The notes beneath the pieces were generated by a model. The model saw only the letters and a list, made by a program, of their open reading frames with translations. It was not told the origin of the DNA and did no database searches. Positions 1 to 7,042 of a DNA stretch of 10,558 nucleotides are shown here, piece after piece; position 1 is the stretch's first letter; every line of letters begins with the position of its first letter. Position numbers and translations under genes: made by a program. Source of the DNA: a virus (lineage: Duplodnaviria; Heunggongvirae; Uroviricota; Caudoviricetes); the IMG/VR virus record IMGVR_UViG_2690316166_000024; one strand, 5' to 3'.

Positions 1-219
1 TCACATCCACATAATTTGCTGCCCTGACGGCAACGGGTGCGGCCTTACGGCGTGGACTTCTCCCGGCTTCACGATGTATCGCTGTACCGACTCATAAGTG
101 ATGAACGTGGCGCTGCAATTCACGTTCTGGCACTGGTGATAACGCTCTTTTGTCGTGTCAGTGATATAGCGACTTGTACGCGCATGTGCGGCATGCTGGC
201 ATAAAGGACAATGAAACAT
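1..219 (-). CDS. ogr: Late gene transcriptional activator Ogr (C4 zinc-finger)
   Basis: 72-aa product MFHCPLCQHAAHARTSRYITDTTKERYHQCQNVNCSATFITYESVQRYIVKPGEVHAVRPHPLPSGQQIMWM with a Cys-x2-Cys...Cys-x4-Cys motif, recognised as P2 Ogr. Start is ATG at 217-219 (minus), preceded by SD GAGGTG (complement of 225-230); stop TGA is complement of 1-3. The 93-aa ORF in the track is an upstream in-frame extension lacking an RBS. Confidence 0.93.
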   Translation of the reverse strand: MFHCPLCQHAAHARTSRYITDTTKERYHQCQNVNCSATFITYESVQRYIVKPGEVHAVRPHPLPSGQQIMWM

Positions 220-300
220 CGCGAGCACCTCTTCCGGTTTTGTTGATGGTGCCATTTTAGTTAATTTATCCTTATAAAACAAACAGATAAATAAACCACG

Positions 301-1493
301 TCACTCATCATCTTCTGTTTCGTACTCCACATCAGAAAGCCTTACCTCAAGCTCCAAGGACGTCGTGAAGCCGCTATTATTGAGACAATGTGTCACCTTA
401 GTGATGGTCCAGTCCTGCTCGTCTATGACGCGCTTAAAGCCTGACACTTTAACCGGTGTTTCCGTGTAAATATCTGCACGACCGGTAGCCAGGCTGATGG
501 AGAACTCCGCTACACCCCGTTGCAGTTTATCCCACTTCGCCTGAGCGGCGCGCATGGCCTGCGCTTTTGTGGCATATACCGTGGTCAGGGCAAAAACGTT
601 GTCAGCTTCACCGGCCATGTATTCACCTTCGCGCGCTTCCGGTACTTTTGGCGCTTTCTTCTGCGTGACCGGTTTCGCTTTCGGGTGCTCCAGTGCGCGC
701 AGGTGTTTTTCTTTCTTTTTGCGTTTCAGTTTTACCTTCTGCTTTTGCGGCTTCGGGTCTTTGGTGTGTAACCACTTTGCCGTTACGCCGGTGTAAGCTC
801 CACGGTCAGCAATCGCAAAATGATGACGGTCGCCGTCGCTGCGGGTGATGGTAATCTGCGGGATTTTTTTACCGCTGGCCGTCACCCCCTGCCCCGCTTT
901 GAGAAACAGCAGTTTTCCCATTTTTACCGACACNNNNNNNNNNNNNNNNNNNNNACCGACACCTCGCCGCCGTTGCGTTCAGCAAGACGGGTCAGGAATT
1001 TCGCATCAGACTCCTGCGACTGGTCGATGTGTGGAATTTTTATTCCGGCCAGTGACGGAGCGACACTGGCTTCCAGCCTGTTACGGGAGGCTATCGCCTC
1101 AACAATCGCACCGAGCGTAATGTCATGCCATGAGCCTTCACGGCGGGAATTGAGCGTCCCGCGAAAATCTGCACTCCGGGCGCGGATGGTGACCACATCC
1201 GGCGCGCCCCGGTGTTCAACCTCATCAACGGTAAATTTCCCTTTGCATACCAGGGCAAAACCTTTCCAGCCGATATACACCGTCAGGACAGCGCCACGAA
1301 CCGGCAGCCCGACCTGCCCGTCGGCATCGTTCAGTTCAATATCAAGCTGGTCAGCCTCAAAGCCCCGGTTATCCGTCAGGGTCATGCTCATCAGACGGTC
1401 GCTGATATTGCCGGTAATATCCCTGCTGTCGAGCATCAGCATGTAATCCGGCGTCAGCGTACTGCCTGCATCAAATGTCAGCGCATCCAGCAT
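301..1493 (-). CDS. D: Tail protein gpD, interrupted by a 21-nt N-run that is probably an assembly artefact
   Basis: Track ORFs 924-1493 (MLDALTFDAGSTLTPDYML...GGEVS) and 301-933 (VSVKMGKLLFLKAGQ...) are the N- and C-terminal parts of P2-type gpD. They sit in different frames only because of the N-run plus a duplicated 8-mer. Removing 29 nt (21 N plus one ACCGACAC copy) restores one 387-aa ORF. ATG at 1491-1493 overlaps the gpU stop. Confidence 0.88.
934..954. other. Assembly gap or masked bases (21 N) flanked by 8-bp direct repeat ACCGACAC (926-933 and 955-962)
   Basis: Run of n characters seen directly in the sequence, with an identical 8-mer immediately on each side. Confidence 0.95.
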
Positions 1494-1972
1494 TATCCCG
1501 CCCCCGTCATACCCGTGAATTTAGTCGCCATACTGCCAGCCTTACCGATGAGCGATTCCGCCTGTTTACCGATATCGCCATAAAGCGCGGCCAGTGACTC
1601 ATCAACGCGGGTGAGCGACAGCGTAAAATCAATTTTCCGTGGTGTGCCGTCTGCAAAGAAAATACTCCCTGTTTCACTCACCTTGCTGATGACATACATG
1701 CCGTAAATCATGCCGGTGCCATCCAGCAACGGCCACGCCCGGCCTTCCTCTGCCATCAGTCTGAGCGTGGTCATCGTCAGCTTTCCGCCAGTCAGTTCGG
1801 GATAAAGCACACCGGCAAGTGTGATGTTCTCCTCACCTACACCGAGAAACTGATAGGCATCCCGTTTACCGATACGGGAATTTGACGGCCAGCGATAATC
1901 TGATTCACGCTGCATGGTCTGGTGTGGCAGCGTCTGGCGCATAAAAACAAACATACCTAACGCGAGCATCAT
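1493..1972 (-). CDS. U: Tail protein gpU
   Basis: 159-aa ORF recognised as P2-type gpU. Strong SD AGGAGGTG (complement of 1980-1987) lies 7 nt upstream of the ATG at 1970-1972. Stop TAA (complement of 1493-1495) overlaps the gpD ATG, consistent with translational coupling. Confidence 0.93.
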   Translation of the reverse strand: MMLALGMFVFMRQTLPHQTMQRESDYRWPSNSRIGKRDAYQFLGVGEENITLAGVLYPELTGGKLTMTTLRLMAEEGRAWPLLDGTGMIYGMYVISKVSETGSIFFADGTPRKIDFTLSLTRVDESLAALYGDIGKQAESLIGKAGSMATKFTGMTGAG

Positions 1973-1986
1973 TTTTCGTCACCTCC

Positions 1987-4434
1987 TTAACCGTCATGCA
2001 TCATGCTGGCACGGGCGCGCGCACGTTTATCCCGCTCGTATTTTTCGAGCGCATCCTGTAACTGGCGGTCAAGCTGTGTCCCCGGTGCAGTACCACCCGT
2101 CAGGCTGATGTGATATTCGTTTTTACTCTGGTCCACATAAGAGCGGCCAGCCGGTGCCGTGACCGGCTGATAAGCCTGATAGCCTGCATAAGAGCTGGTC
2201 GCCGGAATATAACCACCGGTGCCATACGTGGCGGCATGAGTTCTGGCGGCGGTCTGGTCAAGTGTGTCTGACTCTTTGTTGATGACCCCGAGCTTTTCCA
2301 GTACCCAGTCAATGCCGCTGCGCAATTTGTTGAACGCATTAAGCGGCAGCATCAGCGCGTCAGCCAGTGCCTGCCCGAACATGACGCCCGTGTCACGGCA
2401 ACGGTTCAGGGTGTCCTGGGTGGCTTTGACCGGGGCAATCAGGTTTTTAAACCACTGCCACGCAGCCTGTAACTTTTCGCCCAGCCAGTCAAACACCGGT
2501 TTCAGTGGCGTGAACAGCTCCCCCACCGGCGCAAATGCCGCTTTCAGCCCTTCAACCACACCGCCAAAGAATGCGCTGACAGGCTCCCAGTATTTACGGA
2601 TAAGCAACGCCCCGGCGACAATGGCGGCCACCACAGCCACAACCGGCCAGCTAATCGCCCCGATGGCCGTCATAACGGCACTACCAACCGTCGTGAAGAT
2701 TGCCCCCATTGCGCCTGCTGCCGCGATGATGGCATTGATGCCGGTGATAACCGGCCAGGCTACAAGACCAATTGCACCGATGATGCCAGTCAGCGCCAGC
2801 GCGCCACCGGCAATGAGGCCAATGGTTGACGCCAGTGATTTGTTTTTCTGTACCCAGCCGTCGAGTTTTAACACATACTTTGTGGCCGTCTGCGTGAGCT
2901 TACGTAGCGCGCCTTCCTGCTGGTCAAACAGGTCTGTCCCCACCGCCTCATAAGCGGACTGAAACTCCTTAAAGTCACCGCCGAGGTTGTCCTGCATGAT
3001 ATTTACCAGCTCTGCGGTCTTCCCGTCTGAGGCTTTAAACGCAGCGGTCAGTTTGTCCAGCTTTCCGGTTGACGCGGCAGTCATCAGCACAGCGGCGGCT
3101 GAGCTGGCCTCCTCCCCGAAAATGGTTTTCATGTATTCGGCCTGCTGGGCAGTACCGAGCCGGTTTTTCTCAAAGCTGGCCTGCATTTCTTTCAGAATGG
3201 TAAATACTGGTCGGGTGTTTCCCTTACTGTCTGAGGTTTTCACGCCAAGCTCTTTGAGTGCATCCCATGCTTTTCCAGTCGGTGCCTGCAGGCGACTTAA
3301 CACGGCACGGCTTCCCGTCCCCGCCATTGAGCCTGTGATTTTTGCATCATGCAGCGCCCCGACCATTGCGGCGGTTTCTTCAATGCTGACACCGGCATTT
3401 TTTGCCACTGGTGCGGCATAGGTCAGCGCATCGCTCATGCCGTCAAAATCAGCGGCGGTTTTGTTCATCGTCATGGAGAGAACATCCCCGATATGAGCGA
3501 CCTTATCGTTTGAAAGCTGAAAGGCGGATTTCATCCCCATCAGCAGGGCGGCGTTTTCTTCCATTGTGCGGCGGTTCGCCAGCGCCATATTCAGCGTGAC
3601 CGGCGTTGCCGCCTGAATGGCATCAACATCCCCACCCGCTTTCGCAATGATAATCTGTGCACCGGCCGCATCATCCGCTGAGGCGGCGGTGTTGTCACCG
3701 AGCTGGCGCGCCTGCTTGCGGAGTGCAGCCATTTCGGCGGAGTCTTTTGCCACACCGAGCACAGCCTGCAATTCTGAGTTTTTCTGCGCAAACTCATAAC
3801 CTGGCATCAGCAGCTTAACTCCGGCTATCGTTCCCGCAGCAGCAATCCCCACACCGGCAGCGCCCACTGAGGCCATATTTCCGGCCAGTTCCTTTCCGGC
3901 CTGATAACGCTGTTTGACTGCGTTAAGTTTTGCCTGTTGCGCACTGACACGCGCCAGCGCGTCACGCTGCCGGTTAAGCTGGGCGGTGGTTTCACTGATA
4001 CGGTTTTTCAGTCCCTGCTCATCATGTGCAAGATTGCGGGTATTAATTCCCACAGCGGCCAGTTCCCGCTGCTGGCGTTTAACGGAATCTGTCAGGCGGT
4101 TATATTTCGCCTGTAAGTCCTCCGCCGCACGCTTTGCGGATTCCAGCACTTTCGCCTGAGCACGGGTCGGGCGTTCGGTGTTTTTAAACTGTGTGGCAAG
4201 GGCTTCGGCCTCCTGCCGTGCCTTTTCAAGTGCATGACCAGTCACGGCGAGCTGTGCACTGGTCTTGCGGAATCCCTCAATACGGGATGCGTGACCGTTC
4301 AGCTCGCGCAGTGATTTTTGTGTTTCCCGGATATCCCCCGACAGCAACTTACTCGCTCTGCGGATGGATTTAAACGGGCGGGACGCCTGGTCAACAGCCC
4401 TGAGCAATACCTGTAATTTTACATTGTTACTCAT
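1987..4434 (-). CDS. T: Tail tape measure protein gpT
   Basis: 815-aa ORF with a coiled-coil-like N-terminal half and long Ala/Gly/Ile-rich hydrophobic stretches typical of tape measure proteins. Length equals P2 gpT. Sits directly downstream of E/E' with an 8-nt overlap with the E' stop. Confidence 0.93.
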   Translation of the reverse strand: MSNNVKLQVLLRAVDQASRPFKSIRRASKLLSGDIRETQKSLRELNGHASRIEGFRKTSAQLAVTGHALEKARQEAEALATQFKNTERPTRAQAKVLESAKRAAEDLQAKYNRLTDSVKRQQRELAAVGINTRNLAHDEQGLKNRISETTAQLNRQRDALARVSAQQAKLNAVKQRYQAGKELAGNMASVGAAGVGIAAAGTIAGVKLLMPGYEFAQKNSELQAVLGVAKDSAEMAALRKQARQLGDNTAASADDAAGAQIIIAKAGGDVDAIQAATPVTLNMALANRRTMEENAALLMGMKSAFQLSNDKVAHIGDVLSMTMNKTAADFDGMSDALTYAAPVAKNAGVSIEETAAMVGALHDAKITGSMAGTGSRAVLSRLQAPTGKAWDALKELGVKTSDSKGNTRPVFTILKEMQASFEKNRLGTAQQAEYMKTIFGEEASSAAAVLMTAASTGKLDKLTAAFKASDGKTAELVNIMQDNLGGDFKEFQSAYEAVGTDLFDQQEGALRKLTQTATKYVLKLDGWVQKNKSLASTIGLIAGGALALTGIIGAIGLVAWPVITGINAIIAAAGAMGAIFTTVGSAVMTAIGAISWPVVAVVAAIVAGALLIRKYWEPVSAFFGGVVEGLKAAFAPVGELFTPLKPVFDWLGEKLQAAWQWFKNLIAPVKATQDTLNRCRDTGVMFGQALADALMLPLNAFNKLRSGIDWVLEKLGVINKESDTLDQTAARTHAATYGTGGYIPATSSYAGYQAYQPVTAPAGRSYVDQSKNEYHISLTGGTAPGTQLDRQLQDALEKYERDKRARARASMMHDG

Positions 4435-4854
4435 TCGTGTTTCCGCTTCGCCTGAGCGCCTTTTCGCGCCATGTGATGAGTTCGGTCAGGCTCATGGGAT
4501 ACAGTTCTGATGGCGGCCAGTGAAATATCACTGCCACATCCGCCATCAGGTCATCGACCGACAGATTTTTCGGAAGCGTCACTGCACCGAGTTCGGCGAC
4601 AAAAAACCGACCACCTTACCGGCCAGCGCCACAAGGTCAGGCAGTTCCAGCGCGGCGACTTCCTGCTCGGTCAGCATCGGTGCCGTCATGCGCGGCAGCA
4701 CCTTAATCAGTGCATCGACTTCTGAGTTTGCGACCGCAGCCAGACTGACACCGCGCAGCGTCCCCGCACTGGGTTTCATCAGCGTGACCTGTTCGATAAC
4801 CTGCTCACCACGCTTGACCGGATTGTCCAGGGTAATCACATTTTCTTTGTTCAT
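4427..4854 (-). CDS. E+E': Tail assembly chaperone gpE+E' made by programmed -1 ribosomal frameshift
   Basis: Slippery heptamer T_TTT_TTG on the minus strand (complement of 4600-4606) lies 7 codons before the gpE stop. The -1 frame is open from there to TAA at 4427-4429 with no intervening stop (I scanned 4427-4606 by hand). Predicted fusion is 142 aa, the same as P2 E+E'. Its stop overlaps the gpT start (ATGAGTAA). Confidence 0.8.
4579..4854 (-). CDS. E: Tail assembly chaperone gpE (zero-frame product)
   Basis: 91-aa ORF MNKENVITLDNPVKRGEQ...GFLSPNSVQ, recognised as P2 gpE. ATG at 4852-4854 (minus); stop is complement of 4579-4581. Confidence 0.9.
   Translation of the reverse strand: MNKENVITLDNPVKRGEQVIEQVTLMKPSAGTLRGVSLAAVANSEVDALIKVLPRMTAPMLTEQEVAALELPDLVALAGKVVGFLSPNSVQ
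4600..4606 (-). promoter_or_regulatory. -1 programmed frameshift slippery site TTTTTTG for E to E+E'
   Basis: Sequence seen directly. Position and heptamer match the conserved tail-chaperone frameshift described for P2 G/GT-type chaperone pairs. Confidence 0.8.
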
Positions 4855-4882
4855 GGTTTTCTCACTTCTGAATCGGGGTTAA

Positions 4883-4903
4883 CCGGTCAGCCAGGCTGAC
4901 CGG
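4883..4903. repeat. 21-bp perfect palindrome CCGGTCAGCC-A-GGCTGACCGG in the FII-E intergenic region
   Basis: Seen directly: 4883-4892 is the reverse complement of 4894-4903. Lies between the FII stop (4911) and the E start (4854); no flanking U-tract on either strand. Confidence 0.6.
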
Positions 4904-4910
4904 ATGAAAA

Positions 4911-5429
4911 TTACAGGCCGATATTGCGGCGGTGTTGCTCCAGCCGGTCGACGCCGTTCACCTTCTCAATCATGTTGATGGTGTCGATTTCGACCAGCTC
5001 CTTACCGTCCATCGTCAGCCGGAAATAGGTGCAGACCACGGAGATTTTCGACTCGGTGTCTTCTCCCTGTTTACCCTCGCCGGTGTCGATTTCTTTCTGA
5101 CGGCCACGCATGACCACCTCTACGGCCACCGTTTCGCCGGTATCGTCACGCTGGTAAGAGCCTGCAAAACGAATCGGCACGGCATCCACACCGGTTGCGG
5201 CGTAAAGCTCCCAGATAACCGAATCCGGGAAGCCCCCGAGCGACCACTCCATTGACAGCGCATCGTCATCAAGGCCGAGGTCTACCGGTGCGCTTCCGTT
5301 CATCCCCGCACCGCGATAGTTTTCGAGTTTACGGGTCAGTTTTGGCAGCGTGACGGACTTTGCAACGCCCTGATAGCTGTAGCCGTTCAGAAAGACGTTC
5401 ATTAACTTGAGTTTGCGCGGCATTGCCAT
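4911..5429 (-). CDS. FII: Tail tube protein gpFII
   Basis: 172-aa ORF recognised as P2-type FII. SD AAGGAG (complement of 5437-5442) precedes the ATG at 5427-5429. Confidence 0.93.
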   Translation of the reverse strand: MAMPRKLKLMNVFLNGYSYQGVAKSVTLPKLTRKLENYRGAGMNGSAPVDLGLDDDALSMEWSLGGFPDSVIWELYAATGVDAVPIRFAGSYQRDDTGETVAVEVVMRGRQKEIDTGEGKQGEDTESKISVVCTYFRLTMDGKELVEIDTINMIEKVNGVDRLEQHRRNIGL

Positions 5430-5441
5430 CGGTCAGGCTCC

Positions 5442-6632
5442 TTAATTGCTGTTAACCGAGGTGACCAGATTTGCCAGGTATTTATCGGTAATACGCTGGC
5501 GCAGGGTCAGGTTTTCAAGAGGAGGCACCGGGGTATAGTCGTAGTCGATATACAGTTTTCCGGCCTTGAGGGTTTCCGCATCGTTGGATTCTTCGCTGAA
5601 CCAGCAGGTCGCATCCACGATATAGCCGTTTGTTTTCAGCTCACGGAATTTGGCATTGATGCCGTCAACGATGTCGCGAATCAGCGTTGCGGTGATGGGC
5701 TTGTCCACCGCCCACATGTGCGCCTCAGCCATCGTGTCGGCCAGCACCTGCGCGGTGCGGGTGTAGTTTTCAAAGAGGAACAGCGGGTCATCAGAGCAGG
5801 TACGGTTACCCCAGAAGCGGAAACCGTCACGGCGAATCAGCGTTGTGACGCCTGACTCGTTAAGCAGGTCAGCATCGGTGCCGGACTCCTGCAAATCCCA
5901 GAATACGGACGCGCTGATGCCGGTAACACCGTTCACCCCGACGTTGGACAGCGTTTTATGCCAGCCCTGCTCCTGGTCGATTTTAGCGCGCAGACCCAGC
6001 GCACGGGCGGTGGCATACGCGGTGGCGGTGGTACTGGCGACCGTATCCCATGCGAGGAAATCCGGCCAGATGACCATCAGCTCACGCTGGCTGAAATTCT
6101 GACGGTAGGCTTTCACCTCGGAAACGGTCTTACAGCCCCATGCGCTGATATACCCGAAAGCGCGCAGCTTCTGACAGACTGATGCCAGTGCAACAGCCAC
6201 CTCTTTGGTGTCCAGTCCCGGCACGCCGAGAATACGCGGTTTAACACCGGTTACCGACTCCGCCGCCAGCAGGGCTTTCAGTCCGGTGTACTGACCGTTT
6301 TCGTCGGTGGTGCCGATGATATTGGAAACGGTCTGCGCGAGTTTCGTTTCCTCGTCGTCGCCGGTGCCGTCTTCCACACGCACGACAACGGTGACCGGTT
6401 TTGACTGGTCGGCGATGGCCTGCAACGATGCCGCCAGCGTGCCTTTTTTACCGGCCTTTGCAATTGCGCTCTGCACATTGGTAATCAGCACCGGTTTATT
6501 GAGGGGGAAGGTTTCCGCATCCGCATCGCTGGCCGTGCAGACCATGCCGACAATGGCAGTGGATACGGTGGAAATGACGCGGGTGCCGTCGTTAATCTCC
6601 AGCACCTGCACGCCGTGATGATAGTCACTCAT
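5442..6632 (-). CDS. FI: Contractile tail sheath protein gpFI
   Basis: 396-aa ORF MSDYHHGVQVLEINDGTRV..., recognised as P2-type FI sheath. SD GGAG (complement of 6641-6644) precedes the ATG at 6630-6632. Confidence 0.93.
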   Translation of the reverse strand: MSDYHHGVQVLEINDGTRVISTVSTAIVGMVCTASDADAETFPLNKPVLITNVQSAIAKAGKKGTLAASLQAIADQSKPVTVVVRVEDGTGDDEETKLAQTVSNIIGTTDENGQYTGLKALLAAESVTGVKPRILGVPGLDTKEVAVALASVCQKLRAFGYISAWGCKTVSEVKAYRQNFSQRELMVIWPDFLAWDTVASTTATAYATARALGLRAKIDQEQGWHKTLSNVGVNGVTGISASVFWDLQESGTDADLLNESGVTTLIRRDGFRFWGNRTCSDDPLFLFENYTRTAQVLADTMAEAHMWAVDKPITATLIRDIVDGINAKFRELKTNGYIVDATCWFSEESNDAETLKAGKLYIDYDYTPVPPLENLTLRQRITDKYLANLVTSVNSN

Positions 6633-6735
6633 CCGTTTAACTCCGTGGTTAATGGGTGCAACTATTTTCTGTTGGGCAGTGCATGAGACGCTATTTGACC
6701 TGGCTGGTCAGTGGATGAAACAACAGATAAAGAAA

Positions 6736-6756
6736 ATGCGGGCAATTCGCCCGCAT
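6736..6756 (-). terminator. Putative intrinsic terminator for minus-strand transcription (GC-rich hairpin plus U-tract)
   Basis: 8-bp stem ATGCGGGC (6736-6743) pairs with GCCCGCAT (6749-6756) around a 5-nt loop. On the minus strand it is followed by TTTCTTTATCTGTTGTTTC (complement of 6717-6735). Would stop G/H-operon read-through (antisense to the cargo gene) just before the FI promoter region. Confidence 0.45.
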
Positions 6757-6773
6757 GTCCTGATTTGTACACA
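6756..6773 (-). promoter_or_regulatory. TGT-N12-ACA dyad, candidate Ogr-dependent late promoter element for the FI-FII-E-T-U-D operon
   Basis: Exact TGT(6756-6758)-N12-ACA(6771-6773) match, about 130 bp upstream of the FI start codon. P2 late promoters are described as carrying such a dyad centred near -55. Precise transcription start and -10 not identified. Confidence 0.35.
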
Positions 6774-6971
6774 CTCATTTTCCGACTGACAGTTTACATA
6801 GCCCAAACGCTATCAAATCTGACAGCCTGCTATGAGCGAAAAGCGTTAAATCTCACGATATCTGCTACCGGGAAAAATTTCGATTATCTTCGATGGGAAC
6901 TTTGATAATGTAGTAAATGCCATTTTCAGCGATCACTTTTCAAGCGTGTGTAAATGATTAATGTTAAAAAA

Positions 6972-7001
6972 TTGACTTCACTGAAATAAGGTTGCTAGTA
7001 T
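6972..7001 (+). promoter_or_regulatory. Putative sigma70-type promoter for the cargo gene
   Basis: TTGACT (6972-6977), 18-bp spacer, then TG-n-TAGTAT (6993-7001), in AT-rich DNA about 40 bp upstream of the cargo ATG. SD AAGGA at 7032-7036 lies 6 nt before the ATG at 7043. Hand-scanned, so low confidence. Confidence 0.3.
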
Positions 7002-7042
7002 TTTTGGAGCAACCATTAATGTTTTTTATTTAAGGAATGTAA

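Noticed and set aside
1-282. 93-aa minus-strand ORF extending Ogr upstream (MFYKDKLTKMAPSTKPEEVLA...)
   Set aside because: Ogr starts at the internal ATG (217-219), which has a good SD. The extension has no RBS and is not part of the known 72-aa Ogr.
301-1493. Gene D as a genuine pseudogene or split gene
   Set aside because: The frame break coincides exactly with the N-run and a duplicated 8-mer, and removing 29 nt restores a 387-aa ORF. This is best explained as an assembly artefact.
2100-6478. Minus-strand alternative-frame ORFs inside T and FI (2100-2339, 3591-3797, 6278-6478)
   Set aside because: Fully nested in other frames of the tape measure and sheath genes; Arg/Pro-rich translations typical of GC-rich off-frame reading.
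520-6618. Plus-strand ORFs lying inside minus-strand tail genes (520-771, 554-796, 820-1446, 845-1120, 1212-1583, 1914-2108, 2264-2953, 2987-3421, 3402-3599, 3617-3799, 3914-4159, 4191-4373, 4510-4725, 4520-4882, 4932-5255, 5845-6102, 5958-6182, 6307-6618)
   Set aside because: Antisense shadow ORFs within well-supported, GC-rich phage structural genes; no RBS and low-complexity Ala/Arg/Ser/Pro-rich translations typical of out-of-frame reading.
6711-6905. 64-aa plus-strand ORF in the FI-cargo intergenic region
   Set aside because: Begins at a GTG without a recognisable SD, spans the terminator-like hairpin and the TGT-N12-ACA dyad, and has no recognisable features. More likely regulatory DNA, though a small protein cannot be excluded without conservation data.
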